The translations under genes were made by a program, and so were the position numbers. The notes under the pieces were generated by a model. That model was not told where the DNA came from. It was given only the letters and a program-made list of their open reading frames with translations, and ran no database searches. A stretch of DNA of 64,000 nucleotides, from the NCBI GenBank assembly GCA_051278165.1, contig JBNMNW010000002.1, positions 1,267 to 65,266 on the forward strand, written 5' to 3'. Origin of the DNA: Planctomycetota bacterium. Its GTDB lineage: Bacteria > Planctomycetota > UBA1135 > UBA2386. Positions 18,494 through 28,243 of the stretch are shown one piece after another; position 1 is the stretch's first letter; every line of letters begins with the position of its first letter.

Positions 18494-19879
18494 ATGCCCA
18501 GAACTGACGCCGACCGTTCTTCCGCACTGAGGCTTCTGCCCTCGGTGGACCATTTGCTTCGCCACGACGATTTTCAATTGTTGTCGCGTCCTGTGCTGAC
18601 CCGTGTCGTTCGCGGCCTGGTCGATCAACTGCGAAACGGGGCGCTAGATGGCTCGATTGACGCCGTTGCCATGGCGCAGCGTTGCGCCGGCGATGCCTTG
18701 GTGGCGACCGTGAAAGAACGCTGTGAGTCGGCTTCGCGTCGCCGGCATGAGCGGGTCTACAACGCGACCGGGATTGTTCTCCATACCGGGATCGGTCGAG
18801 CGCCGCTGGCCTCGTCGGCGATCGCAGCCATGACCCAGGCGGCGGGCTATGCAATTGTGGAAGTTGACCCGGTCACCGGCCAGCGCGACCAGCGTGAGGT
18901 GGCGGTGGCGGCGTTGCTGCAAGACCTGACCGGTGCCGGTGGCGCCGTGATCGTCAACAATAACGCGGCCGCGACGACCTTGATGCTGGCCGCTTTGACT
19001 GCCGACACCGAGGTGGTGATCTCGCGCGGTGAACTGGTCGAGATCGGTGGTGGCTTCCGCATTCCTGATGTGATGCGTCGCGCCGGCTGCACGATGGTGG
19101 AGGTCGGTGCGACCAACAAGACGCACCTCTACGACTTTGAGAGCGTGTCGAACGAACGCACTTCGGCCTACTTGAAGGTGCATCCGAGCAACTACCGCAT
19201 CGAAGGCTTCGCCGGCACGCCGTCGGTGGCCGAACTCAGTAAGCTCGCCAAAGAGCGCGGCCTGATGATGCTCGATGATCTCGGCTCTGGGTTGCTGTGG
19301 AACGAGCCACTGCCAGGCCTCGCCGGTGAGCCGCGCGTCTCCGACAGTCTCGGGCAGGGCGCCGATGTGACCTGCTTTAGCAGCGACAAGCTGTTGGGTG
19401 GCCCGCAATCCGGCATCTTGCTTGGCGACGCCGCGATGATCGCCCGCTGCCGTGCACACCCTCTGTATCGCGCCATGCGTTGCGACAAGTTGACGCTGGC
19501 AGCGTTGGAGGCGACCCTCTTGCTCTACCGCGATGGCAACCCGCTGGCCGCTGTGCCAACGCTGCGCATGCTGTCGGTGTCACAGGACGATCTGGAGAAC
19601 CGCGCCGGCGCCCTGTCGGTGATGCTGCAAGATCTGAATGCCGAGGTTGTTAGGAGCGAGTCATTCGCTGGCTCGGGAGCGAATCCCGCCAAGCCGCTGC
19701 AGAGCTTCGCGACGGCGATTCCGGGCGGGGACTCGCATTGTGACCGCTTGCGCGTGGCGCGGCCGGTCAGCGTGTTTGCGCGCGTCTCCGAAGGCCGCGT
19801 GCTGCTCGATGCGCGCACCCTGCTGCTCGAAGATCTTGACGTGGTAGCCCTGGCGGTTCGCCAAGCCTTGAGCGATTAG
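18494..19879 (+). CDS. selA: L-seryl-tRNA(Sec) selenium transferase
   Basis: VYNATGIVLHTGIGRA, VNNNAAAT, SRGELVEIGGGFRIPDVM and the PLP-lysine motif FSSDKLLGGPQSG. The start MPRTDADRSSALRLLPSVDHLL aligns with the SelA N-terminus. Confidence 0.9.
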   Translation: MPRTDADRSSALRLLPSVDHLLRHDDFQLLSRPVLTRVVRGLVDQLRNGALDGSIDAVAMAQRCAGDALVATVKERCESASRRRHERVYNATGIVLHTGIGRAPLASSAIAAMTQAAGYAIVEVDPVTGQRDQREVAVAALLQDLTGAGGAVIVNNNAAATTLMLAALTADTEVVISRGELVEIGGGFRIPDVMRRAGCTMVEVGATNKTHLYDFESVSNERTSAYLKVHPSNYRIEGFAGTPSVAELSKLAKERGLMMLDDLGSGLLWNEPLPGLAGEPRVSDSLGQGADVTCFSSDKLLGGPQSGILLGDAAMIARCRAHPLYRAMRCDKLTLAALEATLLLYRDGNPLAAVPTLRMLSVSQDDLENRAGALSVMLQDLNAEVVRSESFAGSGANPAKPLQSFATAIPGGDSHCDRLRVARPVSVFARVSEGRVLLDARTLLLEDLDVVALAVRQALSD

Positions 19880-19945
19880 TGCGGCTCTGGTTCCCGGTGG
19901 CGCGAGCAACTGTCGCGCCGCGAGTATACTCTAGGTTGACCTACT

Positions 19946-21013
19946 ATGGCTGAACCCACCAACGTTCGATTGACCCGCTACGCATCGAGTTCTGGTTGAG
20001 CAGCGAAGCTGCCACCAGGAAGCCTCGGGCAGGTTCTCCACCTACTAAAAGCGACTCCGAATCCCGATCTCCTCGCTGGCCATGCTGGCTTCGAGGATGC
20101 GGGAGTGATGCGTATCGATGACGAACGCGCGCTTGTTCAGACCCTCGACTTTTTCCCGCCAATCGTTGATGACCCGCGTTGGTTCGGCCGCATCGCCGCG
20201 GCGAACTCGCTGTCGGATGTCTACGCGATGGGGGGTAAACCGCTGACTGCGATGAACATCGTTGGTTGGCCAAAGGAACTCGACATCGCGATCCTCGGTG
20301 AAGTCATGGCCGGCGGCCTCGACAAGATCGAAGAGGCTGGAGCCGTCTTGTGCGGCGGCCACTCGGTCGTCGACAGCGAAGTCAAATACGGCTTGTCGGT
20401 TACCGGCATCGTGCATCCGCTGCGCTTCTGGCGAAACGCTGGCGCCAAAGAAGGCGACGCGTTGCTGATCACCAAGCCGCTCGGCATGGGAGCTGTTTCG
20501 ACGGCGATGAAGAAGGACAAGCTGGAGGACGGCGCTGCCAACTCGGCGATGACCGAGTCGGCCATGCATGTCATGGCGACGCTCAACAAGCTGGCCTGCG
20601 AGATTGCATCCGACTTTGACGTGCATGCCTGCACCGACATCACTGGCTTCGGCTTTGCCGGTCACTCGTGTGAGATGGCGCAGGACACTGGCCTACAGCT
20701 CGAAGTCGATACCGGGCATTTGCCGTTGATGGACGGCTCGCTCGAGTTGGTTCGCTCTGGCTCATTGTCCGGTGGCTGTGCGCGCGGCAAGGAGCACTTC
20801 GGTGGTCGCGTGCAGATCGAGAGCAGCGTCGATGCGGCCTTGGCCGACCTGGTGTTCGATGCCGAAACGTCGGGTGGTTTACTGATCGCTGTGCCTCAGG
20901 ATCAGGCGCAGAAGCTGTCGGATCGTTTGCGCGATGCTGGCGTGCCGAGTCACGCGATCGCTGGTCACTTCGTCAAGCGAAGTGATGACGCACCGCTGCT
21001 GCGCTTGAAGTAG
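19946..21013 (+). CDS. selD: Selenide, water dikinase (selenophosphate synthetase), selenocysteine-containing; TGA at 19997-19999 read as Sec
   Basis: Same frame as ORF 20105..21013. Upstream translation from ATG 19946 gives MAEPTNVRLTRYASSSG-U-AAKLPPGSLGQVL, which matches the SelD N-terminal loop (E. coli RLTQYSHGAGCGCK) with U at the Cys17 position. The core contains DFFPPIVDDPRWFGRIAAANSLSDVYAMGGKPL. Confidence 0.85.
19992..20032 (+). promoter_or_regulatory. Candidate bacterial SECIS region (two alternative hairpins at or just after the UGA)
   Basis: One hairpin is CTGGT-uga-GCAGC-gaa-GCTGC-c-ACCAG (19992-20018). The alternative is CTGCC...GGCAG (20009-20032), which starts 10 nt after the UGA. 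Both were folded by eye only. Confidence 0.35.
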
Positions 21014-21054
21014 CGCGCGCGGCATCGCCGTTGCTCACGTCCGACCTTGGCGCG

Positions 21055-22065
21055 TTAGCGCAGCAAACTCTGCTGGCGGTCGTTCAGCTGCGGCTTTGCT
21101 TGCTGGCCGTGGTTCTCGAGACTCAGCGTGAAGTTGGCGACCGAGGTCTTCTTGCGCGAGCGCTTTGGCAGGCCCTTTGAATACTCGAGGGGCTTGTTGT
21201 CCTCGGCTTCGTCTTCATCCTCGTTGGGCTCCGCTTCTTCGTCGTCGTCGCCAACGGCTTGGCCGACAGCTACGCGACCAGCGGCGAATGCAAAGACGCC
21301 ACCGTTTTGGTTGGCCTCGGTCCATGCGCGAACGCGGATCTGGTGCACTAAGTTGGTGCCTGGGTCGAGCGAGATCGCAAGGTCGATCGTCGTGTTTGGC
21401 GGCGTCGCTGCCCGACGTCCCGCGTTGCCGCCCATGACGATGTTGATAACTTGGCCGAAGTTGCCTTGCGATAGCGATTCCGGCAGGCTGCCTGACCACA
21501 TCAGTTCGCCGACTTGCTCGGCGTTGAGGGTGACCGAGACGACCTCGACCGGTCGGTCCTTGTAGGCGCCGGCTTCGCGGCGGGTGACCGCGAGTGGCCA
21601 TGACGCAAGTTGCTGAAGTAGCGCGTGGGCGTTCGGCACGAACGTGACCTTGTTGCCATCGGCGAAGTGACCGCTGCGCAGGCACCAATCACGGTCCTTA
21701 TCGCGGGCAATCATGTTGCCGCCGGCCAGCAGCAGTTCGTCCGTCTCATCGCCGCCGAATTGGATGTGGGTGCGGCCTTCGTGCCACGAGCCAGTGACGT
21801 TGCCAGACGCGGCTTGGCCCATCATCGCGGCAAATGGGTTGTTCTCCTTGGCCTTCTTGTCAGGTCCCCACTTGATCGTGAAGCCAGTGTCGGCGGTCTT
21901 GGCCGTCTTGGTCAACGCGCGGGTGAGGCGCTTCTTGAGCGCGACTTTGGCGGCGATCGCCGGGTCGACTGGGGCCTTGGTGTCCTGGGCGCACAGCGTG
22001 GCTGGCAGCAGGCAGGAAGAGATGACGAGGAGGAGGGTGGCTCTCATGGCGGCGTGTTGACGCAT
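21055..22065 (-). CDS. Hypothetical secreted protein with acidic stretch
   Basis: Signal peptide MRQHAAMRATLLLVISSCLLPATLCAQ. The start could be 22137, 22065 or 22047. It has a DDDEEAEPNEDEDEAEDNK tract and no recognised family. Confidence 0.6.
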   Translation of the reverse strand: MRQHAAMRATLLLVISSCLLPATLCAQDTKAPVDPAIAAKVALKKRLTRALTKTAKTADTGFTIKWGPDKKAKENNPFAAMMGQAASGNVTGSWHEGRTHIQFGGDETDELLLAGGNMIARDKDRDWCLRSGHFADGNKVTFVPNAHALLQQLASWPLAVTRREAGAYKDRPVEVVSVTLNAEQVGELMWSGSLPESLSQGNFGQVINIVMGGNAGRRAATPPNTTIDLAISLDPGTNLVHQIRVRAWTEANQNGGVFAFAAGRVAVGQAVGDDDEEAEPNEDEDEAEDNKPLEYSKGLPKRSRKKTSVANFTLSLENHGQQAKPQLNDRQQSLLR

Positions 22066-22176
22066 GGTAAGCCAGAAAGCTTCGCAATGGCCGCGCAAGG
22101 GCACGCTTCGGGGCGGAAAGGCCCTGGGTTGCGCCACGCATCTGGCGCTCCATCGCGGATTTTTGGACCCTAGATG

Positions 22177-22731
22177 CTAGACCGCGGACGGTGGCTCGTC
22201 GTCTTTCACGGGGTCCGCCGGCGGCTCGGCGGCGGACGGCTCAATTGCTGGCGCTTCGTCTGCTGCTGCTTCGGATACCGCTGCTTCGTCGGGCGCGGGG
22301 GCTTCGGTTGCCGGAGATACAGCGGGGGAATCGCCAGTCGCATCATCGCCGGTCGCACCATCGCCTGCCGTCTCACCCTCAGGATGAAGTTCGTTCAGCA
22401 GCTTGTTCATGCGGATCGCCGCGCCGATGCCTTCGTCGAACAGGAACTCAAGGTGGGGGACTGAGCGCGTGTGCAGCACTCGAGCCATCTCACGCTGACA
22501 GAAGCCGCGCGCGCGGCCGAGCACGGCGGCGCTGTCGCGCTTGGCCTTCTCTTCTTGGTCCGAGCCTGCGAGCACCGACCAGTAAGCCTTGCAGTGGCTG
22601 AACTCGGTATCGAGCTCGACGCGCGTGATGGTGACCATGCCAAGCTTGGGATCGGCTAGGTCACGATGCAGCACCTCAGCGAGGCGCTGTTTGATCTGTT
22701 GCTTGAGGCGTGCGAGGCGGCGTTCGTTCAT
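22177..22731 (-). CDS. rbfA: Ribosome-binding factor A with long acidic C-terminal tail
   Basis: The N-terminal ~115 aa are RbfA-like (RLARLKQQIKQRLAEVL..ITRVELDTEFSHCKAYWSV). It lies in the nusA-infB operon context. Confidence 0.85.
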   Translation of the reverse strand: MNERRLARLKQQIKQRLAEVLHRDLADPKLGMVTITRVELDTEFSHCKAYWSVLAGSDQEEKAKRDSAAVLGRARGFCQREMARVLHTRSVPHLEFLFDEGIGAAIRMNKLLNELHPEGETAGDGATGDDATGDSPAVSPATEAPAPDEAAVSEAAADEAPAIEPSAAEPPADPVKDDEPPSAV

Positions 22732-22771
22732 TGCTCTGGGTACTCAGGACCTTGCTACTCGGGCGATCCGC

Positions 22772-23065
22772 TCACTCAGGTGAGAGGATCTCAAGCTGAT
22801 GGTCGATCATCGAGCCATCGCGCCAGTCGCGCAGCTCGTTGACTAAATGGTCCATCGACGAGTTCACGTTCTTGTGGTCGCTACCGGCGACTACGGCGCC
22901 AAGGGTCGCATACGTCACGGCGTCTTGGTCTGCAAACTCAGTGATCGAGACGTTGAACGACCGGCGTAGCCGATCCTTCAAGCTCTTGACCACTGAGCGC
23001 TTTTCCTTAAGCGACACCGCGTAGGGGATCTCCAAGGTGAATTGCAGGACTCCGATGTAGAGCAT
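22772..23065 (-). CDS. DUF503 (YlxP-like) protein
   Basis: MLYIGVLQFTLEIPYAVSLKEKRSVVKSLKDRL. It occupies the conserved position between infB and rbfA. The start is moved from 23119 to 23065. Confidence 0.8.
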   Translation of the reverse strand: MLYIGVLQFTLEIPYAVSLKEKRSVVKSLKDRLRRSFNVSITEFADQDAVTYATLGAVVAGSDHKNVNSSMDHLVNELRDWRDGSMIDHQLEILSPE

Positions 23066-23146
23066 GGTGCTTCGGGTGCACGGCTCCGGCGATCGTAGGT
23101 GCTGCACCGCTGCCGTCACCAGCTAGGTTCCGGCAGGGCGGCGCGA

Positions 23147-26074
23147 TCACTTCGAATCGCCCAGCTTGCGCTTGATGAGATCGATCTGCACGAACTCGAG
23201 GTTGTCGCCTTCGCGCAGGTCTTGGAAGCCGTCGAGCGTCATGCCGCATTCGAAGCCAGTTTTGACTTCCTTTGCGTCTTCGGTCTCGCGGCGAAGACTC
23301 GCCAGCTTGCCGTTGTAAATGACCTTGCCACCACGTGACAGCCGCACGATCGAACTGCGTCGAGCGACGCCGTCGATAACGCGACAACCAGCGATGATGC
23401 CAAACTTCGAAGACTTGAAGGTCGCGCGGACTTCGGCGTGGCCGATGACCGATTGAACTTCTTGCGGTGCGAGCACGCCTTCCATGGCGTCCCTGACCTG
23501 ATCGAGCAGCTCGTAGATGATCGAGTAGTAACGGATGTCGACGCCCTGGACATCGGCCAGCGCACGCACATTGGCGTCCGCAACCGTGTTGAAGCCGACG
23601 ATGACGGCGCCGGAAGTCGCTGCAAGGTCGACGTCGGCCTTGTTGATTCCGCCGAGGCCGGAGTGCACCACGTTGACGCGAACTTCGCTGGTGGCGAGTT
23701 CGTCGAGGCACTTGCGCACCGGTTCGAGTGAACCCATGGCGTCTGCCTTGAGGATCAGCTTGACCTCCTTAAGGCTGCGCTCAGCGAGCCTGGCCGAAAG
23801 GGTTTCGAGCGTGACAGCCGAACGTTCGGCGCGCGACAGTTCGCGCACGCGGCGTTGACGTTCTTCGACGACTTCCTTGGCCTTCTTGGCGTTCTCGACC
23901 ACGAACAGCTTGTCGCCCGGGGTCGGAATACGGTCGAGGCCGAACATCGTGATCGGCGTCGCCGGTCCCGCTTCGGTCAGGTTCTTGCCGTGGTCGTCGA
24001 TCATCGCGCGGATGCGCGAGAAGCTTTCGCCACAGACAATCTGGTCCTTGAGGCGCAGCGTGCCATCGGTGACCAGCAAGGTCACAACGATGCCCTGCTC
24101 GGCTGATTGCTTGGCTTCGACGACGATACCCTTAGCCGGTGCATCCGGACGGGCGTTGAGGTCGAGCAGTTCCGCTTCGAGGTGCACGCGTTCGACCAGC
24201 TCCGGCAGACCTTGAAGGGTCTTGGAGGAGCATTCGATCATGCCAATCTCGCCGCCGAAGTCTTCGGACTGTAGGCCCTTGACCATCAACTGCTGCTTGA
24301 CCTGCATCGGGTTGGCCTGCGGCAGGTCGCACTTGGTGATCGCAACCACGATCGGGCAGTTGGCTGCCTTGGCGTGGCTGATCGCCTCTTCCGTTTGCGG
24401 CATGACACCGTCATCGGCAGCGACGACGAGCACAACCACATCGGTCAGCTCGGCACCGCGTGCCCGCATCGCGGTAAACGCGGCGTGGCCGGGCGTGTCG
24501 AGCACGACGATGGCGAGGCCATCTTCGTTGACGACCTTGTAGGCGCCAATGTGTTGGGTGATGCCGCCGGCTTCGTGACGCGCAATGTCACTCGACCGCA
24601 GCGCGTCCATCAACGACGTCTTACCGTGGTCGACGTGGCCCATGAAGGTCACAACCGGAGCGCGTTCCGCCGTTGCCTGGCCTTCGCTTTCTTCGACGAG
24701 CTGTTCGATCAGCTCATCCATGGCAGCCTTGGCGTCGACGACCTTGATGTTCCGCTCGAGCTCCATCGCGATGAGTTCGACCTCATCGTTGGTCAACATC
24801 GAGTTGATGTTTTTGCCACCGATCTTGAGACGGAACGCGAACGTCGCGATCAGCTCATTGACCTTGATGCCGATTCCTTCGGACAGTGCCTTCATCGACA
24901 CTGGCTCTTGGACTTCGATCACCTTCGTCGGATCGATCGGCGTCGAGATACGGCCCCGACGCGACGGACCGCCACGGGAATCGCGGCCACCGCGCGATGC
25001 GGGACCACGGCGGTTGCCGGGGCTCTGACGCATGGTGCCACGCTGCTGCATCTTCTGCAGAGCGGCACGGCGAAGGTCGCGAGGTGCGGCCGGCGCCGAG
25101 CGGCGGGTTGCGTCGCGAATGGTTTCTTGCGGCAGTTCGATACGGCCGAGCACGGTCGCCTTCTTCTGCGGCACGAGAAGCTTACGAACCGTTCCCTTGC
25201 CGGAGGCTGGCTGTTCGGCCACCGGAGGGGCCGGAGTCACCGGAATCCTCGTGATCGGCATCATCGTAGGACCCCTTCGGACGGCTGCTGCTCGCTCCGC
25301 CTGGGAGCCTGTGGCGCCGGCTGCCGGGGCTTGAGCTGCCGGGGCCTGAGCTGCCGGTGTCTGAGCTGCCGGGGATTGAGCTGCCGGGGATTGAGCTGCC
25401 GGGGCCTGAGCTGCCGGGGCCTGAGCGGCCGGGGCCTGAGCGGCCGGGGCCTGAGCTGCCGGGGCTTGAGCTGCCGGGGCTTGTGCTGCCGGTGTCTGTG
25501 CTGCCGGTGTCTGCGCTGCCGGTGCCTTGGCGGCAGGTGCAACGACCTCGGCGGGAGCCGCAGGCTTCGCTACGGGAGCTGCCGGTGCTTCAGGCTTCTT
25601 CTCCGGCGCAGCTTCGGTTGCAGCTTGGCCGATCGGAGTCTTCGGTACCGGTTTTTCTGCTACTGGCTCAACAGCAGCCTCTGCCAGCGTCTTGCGCGGC
25701 GGTGGAGTTGCTGTTTGCGGCTCGTCGAGAGTCGGTGCGCTGGGCAGACGACGCTTGGGATCGGGCAGAGCCTTCTTATTCAGGGTTGGCTTCTTCGGCA
25801 GTGCCTTCTTGGACGGAAGACCGTCATCCTCAGCAGCTGCACTCAGTGAGCGCTTCTTTGGTAGACCGCCGGCGCCGCCGCTAGCAGCTTCCGCAGGTTT
25901 ACGCACCCGCCCTTGAGCGGATAGACGCGCTTCGACCATCATCATGTCGGCGTCGTCCAGAGCGGTCATGTGCGTCTTGACTTTTTCGAAGCCAATCTCA
26001 CGCAAGAGCTTCGCCATCTCGGGGCCCTTCATCCCGAATTCTTTGGCCAGTTCGAAGACTCGTACCTTTTTCAA
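23147..26074 (-). CDS. infB: Translation initiation factor IF-2
   Basis: GTPase motifs [24 protein letters not shown] and AITKCD. The N-terminus [14 protein letters not shown] is typical of IF-2. Confidence 0.95.
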   Translation of the reverse strand: MKKVRVFELAKEFGMKGPEMAKLLREIGFEKVKTHMTALDDADMMMVEARLSAQGRVRKPAEAASGGAGGLPKKRSLSAAAEDDGLPSKKALPKKPTLNKKALPDPKRRLPSAPTLDEPQTATPPPRKTLAEAAVEPVAEKPVPKTPIGQAATEAAPEKKPEAPAAPVAKPAAPAEVVAPAAKAPAAQTPAAQTPAAQAPAAQAPAAQAPAAQAPAAQAPAAQAPAAQSPAAQSPAAQTPAAQAPAAQAPAAGATGSQAERAAAVRRGPTMMPITRIPVTPAPPVAEQPASGKGTVRKLLVPQKKATVLGRIELPQETIRDATRRSAPAAPRDLRRAALQKMQQRGTMRQSPGNRRGPASRGGRDSRGGPSRRGRISTPIDPTKVIEVQEPVSMKALSEGIGIKVNELIATFAFRLKIGGKNINSMLTNDEVELIAMELERNIKVVDAKAAMDELIEQLVEESEGQATAERAPVVTFMGHVDHGKTSLMDALRSSDIARHEAGGITQHIGAYKVVNEDGLAIVVLDTPGHAAFTAMRARGAELTDVVVLVVAADDGVMPQTEEAISHAKAANCPIVVAITKCDLPQANPMQVKQQLMVKGLQSEDFGGEIGMIECSSKTLQGLPELVERVHLEAELLDLNARPDAPAKGIVVEAKQSAEQGIVVTLLVTDGTLRLKDQIVCGESFSRIRAMIDDHGKNLTEAGPATPITMFGLDRIPTPGDKLFVVENAKKAKEVVEERQRRVRELSRAERSAVTLETLSARLAERSLKEVKLILKADAMGSLEPVRKCLDELATSEVRVNVVHSGLGGINKADVDLAATSGAVIVGFNTVADANVRALADVQGVDIRYYSIIYELLDQVRDAMEGVLAPQEVQSVIGHAEVRATFKSSKFGIIAGCRVIDGVARRSSIVRLSRGGKVIYNGKLASLRRETEDAKEVKTGFECGMTLDGFQDLREGDNLEFVQIDLIKRKLGDSK
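25321..25530. repeat. About 14 tandem 15-bp units inside infB encoding (PAAQ[A/T/S])n
   Basis: The unit ctgccggggcNtgag recurs every 15 nt from 25321. In the protein it reads [20 protein letters not shown]... Confidence 0.9.
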
Positions 26075-26207
26075 ATCGCGTTTGCTCCTCAGTCAAGGCC
26101 GTTCACAACGGAAGGCCATTGCCTGGTTGTTCTGTGCTCTTGCGTGCGTGGTGGGTTTGTAAATTCAGTCGCGTGATGAGTGCGTGCGGCAGCTTCGGCG
26201 CGAACGG

Positions 26208-27425
26208 TTAGTTCGGGCTGTCAGCGGTGCCTGCACTGCCGGGGGTGTCCCCAGCTGGTGACTCATCTCGTGGTGTTTCTTCTGCCGGCGCTTCCGCAAC
26301 CGGTTTGTTAGCTTCTTGGGTGCCTGCATCCGGAGCATCTGCTGCCAGAGGATCTGCCGGTGCTTCCGCAGCGACATTCTCAGCAGTGACTTCCTCGGCA
26401 GCTACATCCTTGGCAGCAATAGTTTCGTTCTCGGCTGCCACTGCAGCATCCGCTGCAGCATCTTCTGCGGCGCCGTCTTCGGCAACCGATTGCTCAAGCT
26501 CGGCGCGCGTCATGATGTCAATGTCCCAGCCCGTCAGCTTGCTGGCGAGGCGGACGTTTTGGCCCTTGCGGCCAATTGCCAGTGATTGCTGGTCTTCACC
26601 AACGATCACAAGCGCCTTCTTGACGTCGTAGTCGAGCGTGATGTCGCCGACTTCGGCGGGCTTCAGCGCGTTGGCGATCAGCGTCATCGGCTCGCCGTTC
26701 CAGCGAATGATGTCGATGCGTTCGCCGTTGAGTTCGTCGATGATCGACTTGATGCGGTTGCCGCGCACGCCAACGCATGCACCAACGCAATCGACCTTGT
26801 CGTCGCTCGAGTCGACCGCCAGCTTGGTGCGGTAACCCGGCTCACGCTCGATGCGTCGAATCGTGATCGTGCTGTCCGCGATTTCCGGAACTTCGAGTTC
26901 GAACAGTGCGCGGACGAGGTCGCGGTGGGTGCGGCTCAGGATGACCTTGACGCGTGGCCCGACCTTCTTGACCTCGAACACCATCGCGCGGATGCGTTCG
27001 CCGACATTGTAGTTTTCGCTGCGGACCTTTTCGGAGCGCGGCAGGATGCCTTCGAGGTTGCGACCGAGGTTGACGATGACCGTGTCACCTTCGAACCGTT
27101 GAATGTTGCCGCTGACGATCTCGCCGAGCTTCGACTCGTATTCGGCGTAGATGACGTCGCGCTCGGCTTCGCGCACCTTGGAGATGATCGCTTGCTTGAC
27201 CGACATCGCAAAGATGCGGCCCTGATCTTCCATCGAGACCTCGTAGTTGCAGACGAATTCGCCCGTCTCACGATCGAGGGTGATGTCGACATCATCGACG
27301 CCATACTTCTTCGCAAGCGCGTGAGACATCGCATCCTCGATGCCTTCGATCAGCGCTTCCTTATCGATCTCCTTGTCGCGAGCGATGGAGTCGATGTAGC
27401 GGAGGATTTCAGCGTGGTTGGCCAT
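26208..27425 (-). CDS. nusA: Transcription termination/antitermination factor NusA with acidic Ala/Glu/Pro tail
   Basis: S1 domain (VSGNIQRFEGDTVIVNLG) and KH domains (GACVGVRGNRIKSIIDEL, AIGRKGQNVRLASKLTGW). It sits directly upstream of infB. Confidence 0.95.
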   Translation of the reverse strand: MANHAEILRYIDSIARDKEIDKEALIEGIEDAMSHALAKKYGVDDVDITLDRETGEFVCNYEVSMEDQGRIFAMSVKQAIISKVREAERDVIYAEYESKLGEIVSGNIQRFEGDTVIVNLGRNLEGILPRSEKVRSENYNVGERIRAMVFEVKKVGPRVKVILSRTHRDLVRALFELEVPEIADSTITIRRIEREPGYRTKLAVDSSDDKVDCVGACVGVRGNRIKSIIDELNGERIDIIRWNGEPMTLIANALKPAEVGDITLDYDVKKALVIVGEDQQSLAIGRKGQNVRLASKLTGWDIDIMTRAELEQSVAEDGAAEDAAADAAVAAENETIAAKDVAAEEVTAENVAAEAPADPLAADAPDAGTQEANKPVAEAPAEETPRDESPAGDTPGSAGTADSPN

Positions 27426-27766
27426 TCCAGTGCGGGGGGCGGGTGCGTCTGGTTGAGGTCGAAAAGAAAACGGTGGAGGGAAACGACAGAACCGGGCAGG
27501 CGAGAGGATCCCATGCCCCCGACCTTATGGGCGGGGTCCTTGATTGGTTACGCTGCCCCGTTGGCAGCCACCTAAAAAGGAAAAGGATCCTGTCGACTGA
27601 CCGGGATTCCGGGTCGCCAGTCCCCCGCAGGTCGAAACCGATCTGCGGGTTAGGCGAGCATGCTAGCCGCTGGGTTGGGTCTGGGTCAAGCGAACCATCG
27701 CAACCAAGTGATGATGGAACCGGTGGTTACCCGTCAGACATTCGGGCTAGATTGCAGCACTCGCCC

Positions 27767-28243
27767 ATGACCAACCTATCGGACCCACTGCAATTGCGCC
27801 CCTTTGAGGTGGCCGACGCCGAGTTCGTCGCACCGTGGTTGTGTGGTCCTGGTCTCTCCGTGCCAAAGGGAAGTTCGGCATGGCCGGAGCGATTGGTTCG
27901 CGATGCGCGCATCTTGGCGCTCGTGGCCTACGCCGCCGGGGAGCCGACTGGACTGGTGCGATTGGACTGTGGGCCGGATGGCATTGCCGAGGTCACGATC
28001 GTGGTCGCACCTGAGCATCGCCGGGGTGGCCGGGGGCGTTTGATGTTCCAGCAGGCTTTAATTCGTGCCCGCGAAGTGGGCATGCGACGCTTGGTTGCCT
28101 ACATCGACATCGCCAATGAATCCGCCCTGGGGTTCTTCGCTGAGTGCGGCTTTGCCTCGAACGGCGTGACGGGCAGCCGCATTCGCATGGACCGCATTGT
28201 CCACAAGGGCAGCAACGTTGCTCCGCTCGACGTGCGTGGCTGA
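27767..28243 (+). CDS. GNAT family N-acetyltransferase
   Basis: Acetyl-CoA motif VAPEHRRGGRGRLMFQQAL. The start is set at MTNLSDP (27767), because the upstream part of ORF 27443 is not protein-like. Confidence 0.75.
   Translation: MTNLSDPLQLRPFEVADAEFVAPWLCGPGLSVPKGSSAWPERLVRDARILALVAYAAGEPTGLVRLDCGPDGIAEVTIVVAPEHRRGGRGRLMFQQALIRAREVGMRRLVAYIDIANESALGFFAECGFASNGVTGSRIRMDRIVHKGSNVAPLDVRG

Noticed and set aside
24374-25849. A 491-aa plus-strand ORF opposite infB. The same applies to 26586..27575 opposite nusA, 41555..42817 opposite pgi, 48263..49846 opposite the MCP, 57155..58222 opposite rho, 59225..60103, 60148..61074 and 62253..63629 opposite the ABC/GldG module, 10761..11675 opposite hisS, and 35537..36520 opposite the NHL gene.
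   Set aside because: All are antisense shadow ORFs of genes with unambiguous conserved motifs. Their translations are low-complexity Arg/Gly/Leu/His strings.
27443-27766. Long N-terminal extensions implied by the tracked ATG starts. These are 27443 (GNAT), 28451 (asnS), 3477, 16896, 18628, 23119, 34536..35396, 35299, 36766, 43102, 43520, 52218, 56121, 56726, 58336, 59728 and 62112.
   Set aside because: The extensions are not protein-like or overlap the preceding gene in another frame. Homology-consistent internal starts exist, often with a Shine-Dalgarno or ATGA coupling.
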